Of a DNA stretch of 64,000 bases, positions 50,827-62,439 are shown one piece after another (position 1 is the stretch's first letter; every line of letters starts with the position of its first letter). The stretch is taken from the NCBI GenBank assembly GCA_028534125.1, contig CM052817.1:67644001-67708000 (forward strand). Reading direction: 5' to 3'. The DNA is from Lama glama (taxonomy: Eukaryota). Position numbers and translations under genes: made by a program. The notes below the pieces were generated by a model, which ran no database searches, had not been told where the DNA came from, and was given only the letters and a program-made list of their open reading frames with translations.

Positions 50827-51741
50827 AAGTCATTTGTCCTTCTGTAACAGCTCTTTTGATCAATTATTTAATAACATTAGTTAACTTCTTCTATTTTCTT
50901 CTCACTGATTCTGCTAATGAGACATAGATTAGTTTGTATCTGAATCCCAGAAGTGTAGATCAAACTCCTTCATGTGTACATGAAATGAGATTAATAATAA
51001 CCATTTATTGAGTGATTATTATGTGTCAGGTACTAAGCTAAGTGTTCTACATGTGTAATTTCACTTAATTATCATGACGACTCATGAGGTTGATGCTATT
51101 ATTATTCTCATTTTAATGATGAGAAAACTAAGGATTAGAGGAGTAAAGTCAGACAGAATGCAAAGCCAAAACTCTTGTCTATTTATATACGCAATGAAGA
51201 ATCTAAGAACTAAGTACCCAACAGCAGCATGAGCAAATGCATCTACCTACTTAGAGAACTCGAGTAGAAATCAGGGAATGTCTTCGGGAGAGCTAGGATA
51301 CTGAGAATGAGCTCTCATTGAAAATATTCAAAAACATTATCTTATGGAACCCCACACCCATCGTAATAAATCATCATTGCTCCCATTTACAGATGGGAAT
51401 GGCAAAAAGTCACATAACTAGGAAATGGCAGAGACTGACCCACAACCCAATCTTGGGGATCCAAGTCCAACACTCCCACCATTTAACTCACATTCATTGA
51501 CACAGTGGCAGAGATGGCAAAATCTGTCCCTCATGGTGTCACCCCCATAGCATCCTACAGTCCACATTACCCTCAGTGCAGACACTGTGACTGACTTCAA
51601 CATGGGGCAATCAAAGTAACTGCTGACCTCTGTCTTTAGGTAAAAGAAATAATCTCTTATTAACTTATTTCCTTTTATATCCTGGTTTTCGCATCTTGAA
51701 CATCAACAAAATGCTAAACCAGTTAAAATTCTGTAAATAAT

Positions 51742-51914
51742 TTTTTTTAACTTTGGTTTTATTGTTTAGTTTTTTTGTTGTTGTTGTTTTGGGGGGAGGT
51801 AATTAGGTTTATTTATTTTGTTGTTATTTTTAATGGAGGTACTGGGGATTGAACCCAGGAACTCACACATGCTAAGCAGGCACTCTATCAATTGAGCTAT
51901 ACCCTACCCCTCCC
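51742..51914 (-). mobile_element. tRNA-derived SINE (vic-1-like)
   Basis: gggggaggtaattaggtttattt...gaggtactggggattgaacccagg...tgagctatacc; TSD taaataatt. Confidence 0.9.
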
Positions 51915-52324
51915 ATAAATAATTCTTAATCCATTTCATATTCTATACAGTTTGACCTACATTTCATAAAATTAATTAGCTGCTTGAAAATCATGTACAC
52001 ATACAAGTTGTTTCATCTTAACTATTTTGTACAATCCCAACATGCCACTCACAATGGACATTTAAAAAACTCCAATCGCTTTGCAAGCTCTCCTACATAC
52101 TCTACAAGGTTTTGTTGTTCCAGGAGAGAATTACTGAAGGCAGAGAGATCCTCACTCCCCTCCAGGCCTCAGCTTCCCATGCAGTTAGATTGAGGACAGA
52201 AACTGACAGGCTGTTGAACTACATGTTCATTAAATCATTAAACGTCACAATAAGGTGGGTAATCTGTGTTTTCTTAGATTCTGTACATGGGTATTTGGTA
52301 CCCACTGGTCATAGGGCTAATTAT

Positions 52325-52838
52325 AATTTTCTTATTTTCTGTATTTTTGAATCTTTAGCATTTGCGGGCCTCTCAGATCCAGGGAGAGATGCCCCTCCCA
52401 GACCTAGCCAATTCTTAAAGATAACAAAAGGCTCAGCCAGGAGCACATCTCTCATATATAAACTAGACAATCCCAAGTCTACAGCCCCAGACACTTCTTC
52501 ACATCTAACTCTCATACACCAAGTGCATTTCCCCTGCACTGAATCACCCCAGGTAGCAGGCAACAAGAAACTACCCCTTCAGTCTGAAGCCCACAGGAAT
52601 TATTCAGACTTGCCAATCGTAAACTATTTACCCTGCGCTGCCTTATCTTTCCCAAGGAAATCCCAATAAAAGCTCTGGCCCAGATTTATCCTTCCTTCCT
52701 ATCTTCTGCCACCTGACCAAGAGCTGGCTCATCCCCCATGGTCCTGTATCATATTCAATGAATCCCCTCTCTAGGCATAATAAACAAATCTCTTCCAAGC
52801 CTCCCTCCTTTGGCTGCACCAGCTTTACCATATCACAT
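52325..52838 (+). mobile_element. ERV1-like solo LTR
   Basis: About 510 bp with LTR-like motifs (ctagccaattcttaaagata; ggaaatcccaataaaagctct); family not assigned. Confidence 0.65.
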
Positions 52839-52989
52839 CCAATATGGGCATTCTTGAAGCACGGATACCATTTCTAACCTCATTTTAGATAAGATGTAAC
52901 TGAGGCACAGAGCATTTAAACAATTTCCTAAGATAACATGATGAGCCCAGATTCAAAGCCAGGCAGGCAGGCTCCAGATGGCAATAAAC

Positions 52990-54800
52990 CAGGGCTTTGT
53001 CATCCTCTTTGCTCCCTCTCCCCATCCACTGTCCCGAGAATAGTCCCTGGCTTTGTGGCTTTTCTTTGCATTCAGCTGATGTGATATAAGGCCACTTGTG
53101 TATTTTTACAGTGCTCTCAAAAACAAGTATCATAGATTTAGTACTTGAATTGGCAGTCTGCTCTATCACAAATGCTAGTTTTATTTTAAATTTTACTCAG
53201 TTTTATTTACTTTTAGTCTTTAAGATTTCTGGATATCCTTTTACTGAGTATTCTTTTCCAGGTCTAACACAAAACTCGTCTCCTTGTCTCTGATAGTTAC
53301 AGAGGAAGGAAGATAGAGTCAGGGAGACTGTCCCCGAGGTATGTTCACAAACCCAGGTAGAGCAGCATTTGGGAGGATGAAAGCTGCTCTTTTTTCTAGG
53401 CTACCCTGTATTTAAGTCACCTCTACATCAAGGCATCAGTATTTCCACCACCACCACAGCTCCCAGAATTTGTGCTACCCCCAAGCAAGCTAATCTAGCA
53501 TGATCGGATATAAAGCCAGGTATTACAGTCCCAAGCTTTGGTAAAGAAGGCAGGGCAAAAGGGATTAGCAGTGTATGAGGTTAGTTCCCCCAGAGAAGCA
53601 TATCTCCATATGATCTCAAGACCTGTAAGTAACCAACCCCTTGACCTCCATGAGTAAACCTTATATAAACTCATTCTCCCCAAGGATCCTTGAGGAAAAG
53701 ACTCGAACAGCTCCATGGAATTCTTAGACAAGATTCATGTGTTTGCCCTAAGTCAAGACCAAGAGTGGGAGGAAAAGGTTTCAGGCTAATTGATACACAA
53801 TTGTTCACCAATTTTGGCAGGTGTCAGTTCAGCTATAGTGTTAAGAAGAAAAGGTAAGACTTCTAATAAATACTTGCCATCGCAAGTAGAAAGAGAAGAA
53901 AGCCTGTTAGGAAAAACTGTTGGTGCCCTAGCCTCGAGTTTCTGAGAAGGGGCTTCTAGAGTGACACTCCCTCCGGCTTCCACACACGGGGCCTCTGTGT
54001 TTCCCAAACAAGGAGGAAATGCACAGATGACCAGGGAGATTATAACATGGAGCTGCGCAGGTGTGGCTCAGCCCTTCCCTCCTCACTCTTCAGGTCTATG
54101 AAGAGAGGCTTTCACTATGAGAGGACAGTTAAGGCCCTGGTGAAAAATACCTGGGGGCCTCCAGAGAACAATAAACTAACAAAGCTCTTTAACAGGGCTT
54201 TGTATTCAGATCCACATTCCTTCCAGACCACCAGCCCCAGTTATTCGTACTGGTTCCCCCGACTTCACTACCGCCACTGGCCTTCTCCTCCAGGCCTTAC
54301 ACTTCATATGGTAAACACGCAGGGGTCAGGGCCCAAAACTCCTCCTTGGAGCACAGTCTCTTTCTGTGTCAGCTACTAGAGTTCAGCAGAAACGAGGCAG
54401 TGATTCTGGGTATGTCTGCCCTACATAATTCTAGTGGATCATCCCAAAGCTCACCCTTAGGGGAAAACAGTCGGAAACAATCAATTTTCCACCATTAAGG
54501 GACCGTCTAAGCTCCATACCCAAATTCAGCCGTCCTCTGCTCCTGATCTATCTGGCTCTGCCCATTTCTCAATTAGTTCTAAACTCAGAGGACTTATGGG
54601 GTAGAAGTAATGATCCTCCACCTCTTCATGCTTCAAAAAGTTCCGTCAAAGGTAATCTAAAAAGCTGTGAAATGTTTAACACCTACCTTGTACTTAAAAA
54701 AAAAAAGTCAAATCCAATTTTCTCTAGGTCTCCCCAAGTCCAAAGTTCACTTCCTGATAATATCCAACTTGTACTTCATTGCTGAACTCACAGAATCTCA
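52990..54800 (+). pseudogene. Long collagen-like relic block
   Basis: IVP-GFV-AFL-CIQ; SFP-GLT..SSP-CL*-*LQ-RKE-DRV-RET; GMF-TNP-GRA-AFG-RMK; GYP-VFK-SPL. ORF 54047: KR-GFH-YER-TVK-ALV..GPP-ENN..SPP-GLT..GS-GPK. LR-GLM-G*K. Confidence 0.85.
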
Positions 54801-56449
54801 GAACTGAAATTACAGGGACCACTAAGTATCTTGCCCAAGGTCAGAGCTAAAACTGAGCCCAGTCTTCAAATTCCCAGCAGGGTTCTCTTTCCATGATTAC
54901 TGTACTTCCTTCTAGCGCTTTTTTGGTGAGCTGACTCTATATGTGTTTCATTCCTTTGTTAATATGTAGATATTTTGTGATGGCAAGCAGGCAATGTGAT
55001 AACTACAAAGTGTCAGAATTTGAAGAAAAATTAGAGAAAAAAAAACACCTCCCTTTTCATTTTACCGATGAGACAACTAAGGGCCAGAGAAATGGAACAG
55101 TTCAGCCAGACTATTCTGTTCCTGCATCTAAATTCAGTTCTCTTTCTTACTCAGAAATGCCCATTCTCAGCACTGCAAGCCAAAACCTGAGCATTACTTC
55201 TTTCTGGTTGGTCAGTAGCAGAGAAAACAGAAGATATTTAACCCCCTAAATAAAAGGACAGGCAGAACATAAGTGTCATGTAACTCTCGACAGAGACCAT
55301 ATTACTGATTGATTTAAATTAATTTCCTCCTAAAACCTACTACTTTTTTGGTAATGAGATTCCCATCTTAGCATAGACAACGTATAGAATACCAACCCTG
55401 TTTCTTAGGTAGAAAACAATTCAGTGATGAATGCTGATGAAAGCCATTAGTCGTGCAAAATCATATTAAGTTGTTTCAGTAACAAGACAGGGACTGCTTA
55501 ATAAAGCATGTCTTCACAATAAATAACAACAATAATAAAGGGAAATTTACCACTTTTATACTCCAGTGGACATTTGTCACATATTCTAGAGTACTGGAAA
55601 TTAAAATTGGAAATATTTAATTAAGTTAGCATATAAGTAAAAAGGTAGAAAATGTTTAAGGGAGGTCAATTTACCTTTTGGTCATAATTTTTAAAAACAG
55701 GTTCATTTCTAATGCAAATATATGAACAAGCGTCATATTTATTATGCATGCATTTATTGTCTCTGCTGAATAACAGTGTGAGTACTGAGACACCTACAGA
55801 GTTGTTACACTTTGGGAAGGATTTATTCAAAGACTGTGGTTTATTATTTTCACAGAAAATGCTGGGATTAATGGAGTACTGACCTGCCCAAGGTGGGCCA
55901 CAGTGTGGGCATCCCAAGTGTGAGGGCCCCATCCTCAGAAGGACAGGCCCAAGGAGTTCACAATCCACACGCAGTGAGACCACTCAGAGGAGCACACGCC
56001 CGCTCCCCGTGGATGAATCCCAGGTGGGACCAATCAGCGAGCGTGCTTGCTCTCTCTCTCAAGGGTGTGTCCCTACCCTGGACTAGAAGCCCCTTGGGAG
56101 CCGGAATGGCATGTTGCTCATCACTGTGGACCCAGCACAACCTAGATGAAGTGGTCACATCCCAGCCACAGTTCTGAGGCATCCTATTTCTTCCCCTCTG
56201 ACCTCGTCCTTCTTCTGAGTAGCTTCCCTAATGACTCTTTCCCTTTCGACCTTCCCTGCTTTCTAAGTCCTCCAAACGTTGCTCTCAATACAAGCTTTCG
56301 AAGAGGAAGGACTGTACCTGTCTTGTTCTTTCCGGTCTGCAGAGAGCTCTACACTGGGGAAGCCCGTAACATCATTGACTGTTGGTTTTGTGTCTATCGG
56401 AACACTTTTTGGGAGGAAGAATTTGAGATGGTTCCACCCATTCACTGTA

Positions 56450-56592
56450 TTTTTTAATTTGTGTTTGTTTTTCGTAGGGGGAGGTAATTAGGTTTATTTA
56501 TTTACTTATTCTCAGAGGAGGTACTAGGATTGAACCCAGGACCTCATGCATGCTAGCCATGCACTCTGCCACTTGAGCTATGCCCTCCCCCC
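56450..56592 (-). mobile_element. tRNA-derived SINE (vic-1-like)
   Basis: ggggaggtaattaggtttattt...ggattgaacccaggacc...ccacttgagcta. Confidence 0.9.
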
Positions 56593-56720
56593 TCATCCAT
56601 CCATTTTATAACAATTCTAATCGATAAATCTTTCTTCAGGAAACTCAGATGTATAAGCATTTTATGGGTGGGGATGAAAGTAGAATTCTGCTTCCTAAAA
56701 GCATATTTTCTCCGTGTCAT

Positions 56721-56935
56721 ATTTTTTTTATTGAAGTATAGTCAGTTTATAGTGTGTTAATTTCTGATGCACAGCATGTTTCAGTCATACATATACATAA
56801 AGACATCACATATTCCTTTTCATATTCTTTTTCATAATAAGTTACTACAAGATATTGAATATAGTTCCCTGTGCTGTACAGAAGAAACTTGTTTATATTT
56901 ACAGTAGTTAATATTTGCAAATCTCACCTCACCAT
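56721..56935 (-). mobile_element. L1 3' end fragment
   Basis: ttttttattgaagtatagtcagttta...caagatattgaatatagttccctgtgct. Confidence 0.85.
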
Positions 56936-58669
56936 CTTTCTTCCCTTTGGAGCTACACATGAATGACTATAACCCTTGTCCTTGATAGATACCCAGTTAA
57001 TTGAAGATAAGTAACATGTCTCCAACTCAAAATAGTTCAGACTAAAAACGGCCAATTCCTCCCATTGCCCCTGACACTAACTTCTACCTAGCTCCCCCTC
57101 ATCATACCTCTCTTCTTCTTTAATATATATATCCATAGGTATTAAATAACTGAAATTGCTAAATGAGAAAAATGAGGAAACTATCAATTTGTCAGCCCTT
57201 TGAGGAGATCCTTAGAAGAAATCAGCGTTGTTGAATAAAGTCCTATCAGACTATTCTAATCTTCTCTGACCACGTGAAAGATCAGGTAATATTAGTGATG
57301 CGCATTCCTTTAAATTCTGATCGGGGGCATGCTTATCTATTTATCAGAAGGTATAATGTACCTATCAAAGGATTATGGGGATGTAAGCCTGATTGGAAAG
57401 CTGCCCCAACAGTAAGGCTGATTCTTTCTAAACTGAGGGACACACACCATGATCCACAGACCCCAGCCATGCAGGAGTTAGAACTGGGCCTAGAGAAATT
57501 GCATGATTTTATCCATGTGAGTCTTGCATATGCATTTTCTGAACTATATCTGATTGCACACTCCCTTTTGCACACTTACACTTTACATGCAAGAATGAGA
57601 AAAGTAGATAAAAGGATTCATCTTATCTAGACAGAGGTCCCAAGGTAAAAATGTATGATATCTTTCCAAGCCCTCAGAATGTGTTTTTTAAAGGGCACAA
57701 AAAGTTCAGTTAAAGGTCTGTAATATCAAGTTCTTTTGTTTTACCCACACTGACATTAACAGGTAACTCAAAAGTCAAAAGCTTCAATTTCTAAAACCAA
57801 AGCAACATTCTCAGCTACCAAGAGTTTACTTTGTAATTCTCTATCCATAGACCTATTGTCCCTAAGGTGGCAAGTTATTGCTGTTGGTCAGAAATATCCC
57901 TGTCTTCCATGGTGCTGTTTTTTCACAGCAGGGGCAGGGGGAGAGGGGAGGGGAAATACAGAGTTGCATAAGCAAAGCTCTTGGTTTCGTAGCTCTAGAA
58001 AGGCTTCATAGATGCAGAAAGCACTCATTGTCATCAACTCTACAAGGATTATGTTCACCAAAACCACCTTGGCAAAGAGATACCACACCATGAACATTCA
58101 ATTAGAAATTATTCACCCCAGCACTATGCCCCACCTCATTTACATTCTACACAGAAAATGTTTCCATTGGTCCTATGAGTTTGAAGGAAATGGGAGAACA
58201 AACTTGGACTCAAAATAAGAACAAGCTATCACAAATGAAACAAGATGTGTAAAAGAGGTGAGTAACATGTCAACTGCACAGAGTATATAAAGGTGAAGTA
58301 CTATTACTAATCATTCAGATTGGCTGAAAATGGAAAGTTCTGCCTGAAAAGTTCTGCCTGTCCCATCACTAAATGAGATCAAACAGTTCCTTTAAGGGTG
58401 TTGGGGCAGAGGGAATCCTCAGACCGGATGTTTTGATGAAATTTCAAAAGGCCCTTCCAACACCAAAAAAGCGATGACACTGGAACCTAAATTACTACTC
58501 CAGACCTACAAACTGTTTTTTTTTCAAATTGTGGATGCATATGTTTGACTTATTCTATGTTCTAAATTAACTCCAAAAAGTCATTTCTAATGAGAACTTG
58601 AAAGCAGATTTATTTTCTTTAAACAATTACAAAGTTATTTATAAATGGAATGAAGAGTACCTTTAAAAA

Positions 58670-58895
58670 AAAATCCATGTGGTATAAGGAAAAGTACATA
58701 AGCTTTGTAATGAGGGAGGCCTGCACTCCTTAGTTATACAGCCTTGGGCAGGATGCTTAGCTTCTCAAAATCTCAGTTCATCATCTGCTAAACAAGGATC
58801 ACAATCACATGGATTTGTTGGGGGGACTACATGGGTTAATGTGCCAAGCTTCAAAGGTTCAGTGGCTGCCCAATAAACGGTATTCACTGTTATTG
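58670..58895 (+). mobile_element. MIR SINE
   Basis: ccttgggcaggatgcttagcttctc...ctcagttcatcatctgctaaa. Confidence 0.7.
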
Positions 58896-61479
58896 CTGCT
58901 GTTCTTATAGAGATAAATTAAAGGTCTTGTGATGTTGATTTATTTTTATATTCAGGAAGCACTGAACACCTTGAAAACAATAATTCTAATCCTGGACTTA
59001 GGATAAGATTATTTTTCTTCCAGAGCATTTTTCATTAAAAATTTTCCTTAGAAATGGAGGACATGATACGGGAAAGTAAAACTCTGTTTTCAGTTAGAAT
59101 GTTAGACAGCATTACTTAATCTTGAAATGAACCCTTTTGAGTCATGGTCCTAAGAAAATGATGTGTGGTCTGAGCATCAAAGCAAGAACAGGCTGTGGTA
59201 AAGAGGACTGTTAGGAACGATCATTCTTAGAGCTTTTAAAATGTTTAGGTTCCTGAAAAGAAGATTTATCATAAATGATCTCATGTCAGGATTAAAAATA
59301 TAGGAAAAAATTAATAGTGACACATTAAAATATCATCACCTAATTCTAACCTATCAGGTGCACAAGCAGAATGACCACCCACAGTATCTTTTTGTTAAAT
59401 GCTAAGTTTTCCCTGAGAAAATGGAGACCTGCAAACTTTTTCCATCACACACTCCAACTGTATAAAATCAATGTTTTTCAGCTCCCTGGAAAACACAGTA
59501 CACAAAGTAAAGTCTGTCAGCACCGTCTGGAGATGCAACAATCAGAAATATGATGTTGTGAGCTAGCACTGGAAGAACTGGGAGAAGGGGGAGTTTTAGA
59601 CAGTAAAATATAAAGTTTGCGCAAGGCAGAATAAACTGCCGGATTTCTTCAGTTCTCATCTTGAAATGTCCCACTGGTTGTTTTCAGACTTTCTCAAAGT
59701 CACTCCATGGATGACTTTTATTCATTAGCTAAGGTTCATGTCCTTGCTTTGCTAAACAAGCAGCTGGCCTTCCCTTTTCAAAACACGTTTTTCCCCACTT
59801 CTAGTCCCGACTCCTCCAAACACTTACCACTTCCTATTCAAACCAGGAACCGATATAACTAGTTAGTTCCTTTTCTCCCCTCAGTGTTCAGAATGCTGTA
59901 AGCAGTTGGATGAAACCTAACCATCTGTCTCTCCATGAAACTTGAAACAGTTGCTACATTTGCTGCCCGTGTGTCTGGCAGTGGGTCAGTGGAAGGTTGG
60001 GGGAAATACTGGGAAACACTCTAATAAAACTTAAGAGAAAGGCGTTCTTCACTATCACTGAGCTGGGAGGGAAGGAGAGGTATTCTGGTTCTGCCCTTCA
60101 CGTTGCTGATGAGTGAACTGAGGAGGATGCCACCACCCAGCTTGTTAAAAGCAGAGCCAAAAATAAAACCTGACACCCAACCCCTGGTTCAGTTTTTGCT
60201 AACACACACACAGGCACACACACCTTGATTTCACTTGAATTTCTTCCTCCGGTTTGATAAAGAGTGAAACCACTAAAAATTGTTGTGAAAAAACTGGTTT
60301 CACAGTTGACAGATTTAATTCCAAGGGAAAGGGAAGGATGCATCCAAGGCACAGCATTACTGGACTGACACCCAGTCAGGCACATCCATGAGGGGTGGGG
60401 GAGTGTAAGAGATCCCTGAGGGAGAAAGGACAGGGAAAAAAAAATAAACAAACATCCTATGACTTAACCATGGGAAAAGTCTCTGTTTACGGAGTGGGAA
60501 GAGGATGAATAACATTAATTGGCACTTTGGGCTTCTTCCCCCAAGTCCTCTAGGACTGGTTTTTCAAGCACAAAGGGCCCAGACAAGCTACAACAGCCCA
60601 TGGCAAGTTCTCTTGCTCCCACATCTGAACTCACACCCTTCTCGCCCCAGACTAGCTCCTGGTCCCCGGTTCGCATTTGGAGAGTGCAGACCAGGGTAGG
60701 ATGTCAGAAGAAAAGGAAGAAGTTAGAGGGAGCATCAGGAGACAGAAGGGACAGAATTGCAGATACAGATACATAGACATCTAGACAGACAGATATATAG
60801 ATAGAGAGAGACTAGAGAGCTGGCGTTTGTCCTCTGCACTTGTCCAACTTGTAGAGGGAGCTGCCTGGATGGACGGCGGTTGAGAGGAATCTGCATGCTC
60901 ACCTGGGTCTACCCCTCTAATATTGATCCTAGCTTTCTTTTCCCCCTTTAATATTCAAAAGCGTAGCCCACAACTGGAAGTACCCACTCTCACCACCCAG
61001 CAACATCTTGCACTCACACATTACCAGTGTTCTTGGTCAAAACCAGTGGATTTGTTTTCTCCCTTCATCCTCCTCCATCTCTGTGGCAGATTTGGCATGG
61101 CTGACTTAATGGAGAATTTTGAAGTTTAATGAGGACTGAAAGGATGGATAGAATCTGTCCCACATTATTCCAGGTGGTGAAAATAACATAAAACTATTCC
61201 TTTTACGGATGTCAACTGTTCATGCATCACCTTCACAGTTTTTCCATACTTAGTATTTTATTTAAATTGATACCTTAGAAAACATTAATATTTATCTTAG
61301 TCTCAGTCTAAGTAATAAAAACCTGTCAAATCATGAATTTTCAGTGGAGATATATTTTTCTACTTTACATCCAATTCAAATAGATACTAAACATTTTGGA
61401 AGTTTATTCATAGAACACCAAAAACAGCTCAAGGGTCATCAATGGTAAACACTGAATTAATCAAATTAAAGCATGCTGT

Positions 61480-62300
61480 GGAGCATATGACAGACTTGCT
61501 GGAATAAAAGAACAAATGGTATTAAATAATGTTAGGTGGAAAAGCTTGGGCCAAATTATGCAGACCATGACATGAAAGAGAAAAAAAAAAGAACCGGATG
61601 CAATGAAAGGTGAGGAATGAAATTAAAACAGTGCTTAAAAGAAATTCATCTGCTAGGCATAAACAGGATACACTGGAGGTTAGAGTAGGCCAATAATCTG
61701 TTAAAAGTAAGAGTCACACCAGATAGTGAGAGCCTAAACTAACCTGATAGACTCGAGATAGGGGGTAAGGATAGAAGAGCTTTCCTGTAGTAGAAAAAAT
61801 AGACAAAAACCGGCAGACAGAGGAAGAGAAAGCTGAAGGAGGAGGCAAAGTCAAAGATGACCACGAGTTTTCACATGAGTGACTGCCAATGCTGTTGGCA
61901 GAGAACATGGGGAGTTTGAGAGAAGACATTCTAACGAAAATATCCAATAAGTGTTCAGTGATACAGTTCAAGAGCTAGAAGAGAGGATGGGGCTACAATG
62001 ATCTGGGAGTCATCAGCAGAGATTTCACAGACAAATTCATGGAATGGACATGCACCCCAAAATAAAGAGCAAAGTACAGTTCCATCCAGGAATCCAGGCT
62101 GAATGAGCTGAGAAGGAGGTCATTTATCAACAACAACACGAATCTATTCTCGATCAGGCTTCTCAGCCTTGGCAGGACATTAGAAAGATTGGGGACCCTG
62201 AAAGATTACCACAGTCTGGGACCCATCCCAGACCAATTCAATGTGGCCACTGGGACCATGGCATTAATATCATTACCAAATTAAGGTTTTGAGAAATCTG
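61480..62300. mobile_element. L2 fragments followed by a MER5-like element (~62110-62300)
   Basis: gatctgggagtcatcagcagag; cttctcagccttggcaggacattagaa...ccatcccagaccaatt. Confidence 0.6.
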
Positions 62301-62439
62301 GACAATTCTAGACATATAAAAAACTTTAAGCCAGACCTCTTAATCCTGTACTATGAGAAGCAACCCAATTTTCTAGCATTTTCTACATAGAAATGAGAAA
62401 TAAAATGAAGTATATGAATATATCAATAGTGGCTTTATC

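Larger units (their letters stand above)
49570..52325 (+). pseudogene. Collagen-like relic blocks (L1, MIRs and SINE inside)
   Basis: ORF 50506: LIP-KLR-DLE-GFF-KLQ-RVR-RFL. GEL-GY*; GRD-GKI-CPS. ORF 51984: RFC-CSR-REL-LK-AER. GYL-VPT-GHR-ANY. Confidence 0.7.
55640..60960 (+). pseudogene. Very long collagen-like relic region (SINE, L1 and MIR inside)
   Basis: KML-GLM-EY*-PAQ-G-GPQ-C-GHP-KCE-GPI. ORF 55893: GVH-NPH-AVR-PLR-GAH-ARS. ORF 57274: SDR-GHA..PIK-GLW-GCK. ORF 57878: GFV-ALE-RLH-RCR..TLQ-GLC-SPK. SFK-GV-GAE-GIL-RPD; GLL-GTI-ILR-AFK. ORF 59371: QLP-GKH-STQ-SKV-CQH-RLE. ORF 60505: RPR-LAP-GPR-FAF-GEC. GAS-GDR. Confidence 0.88.

Noticed and set aside
52112..52669. Longest ORF (185 aa)
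   Set aside because: It runs from relic sequence into an LTR; a chance fusion.
53300..53770. Possible LTR
   Set aside because: No convincing LTR motifs; the collagen register continues through it (GMF-TNP-GRA, GYP-VFK).
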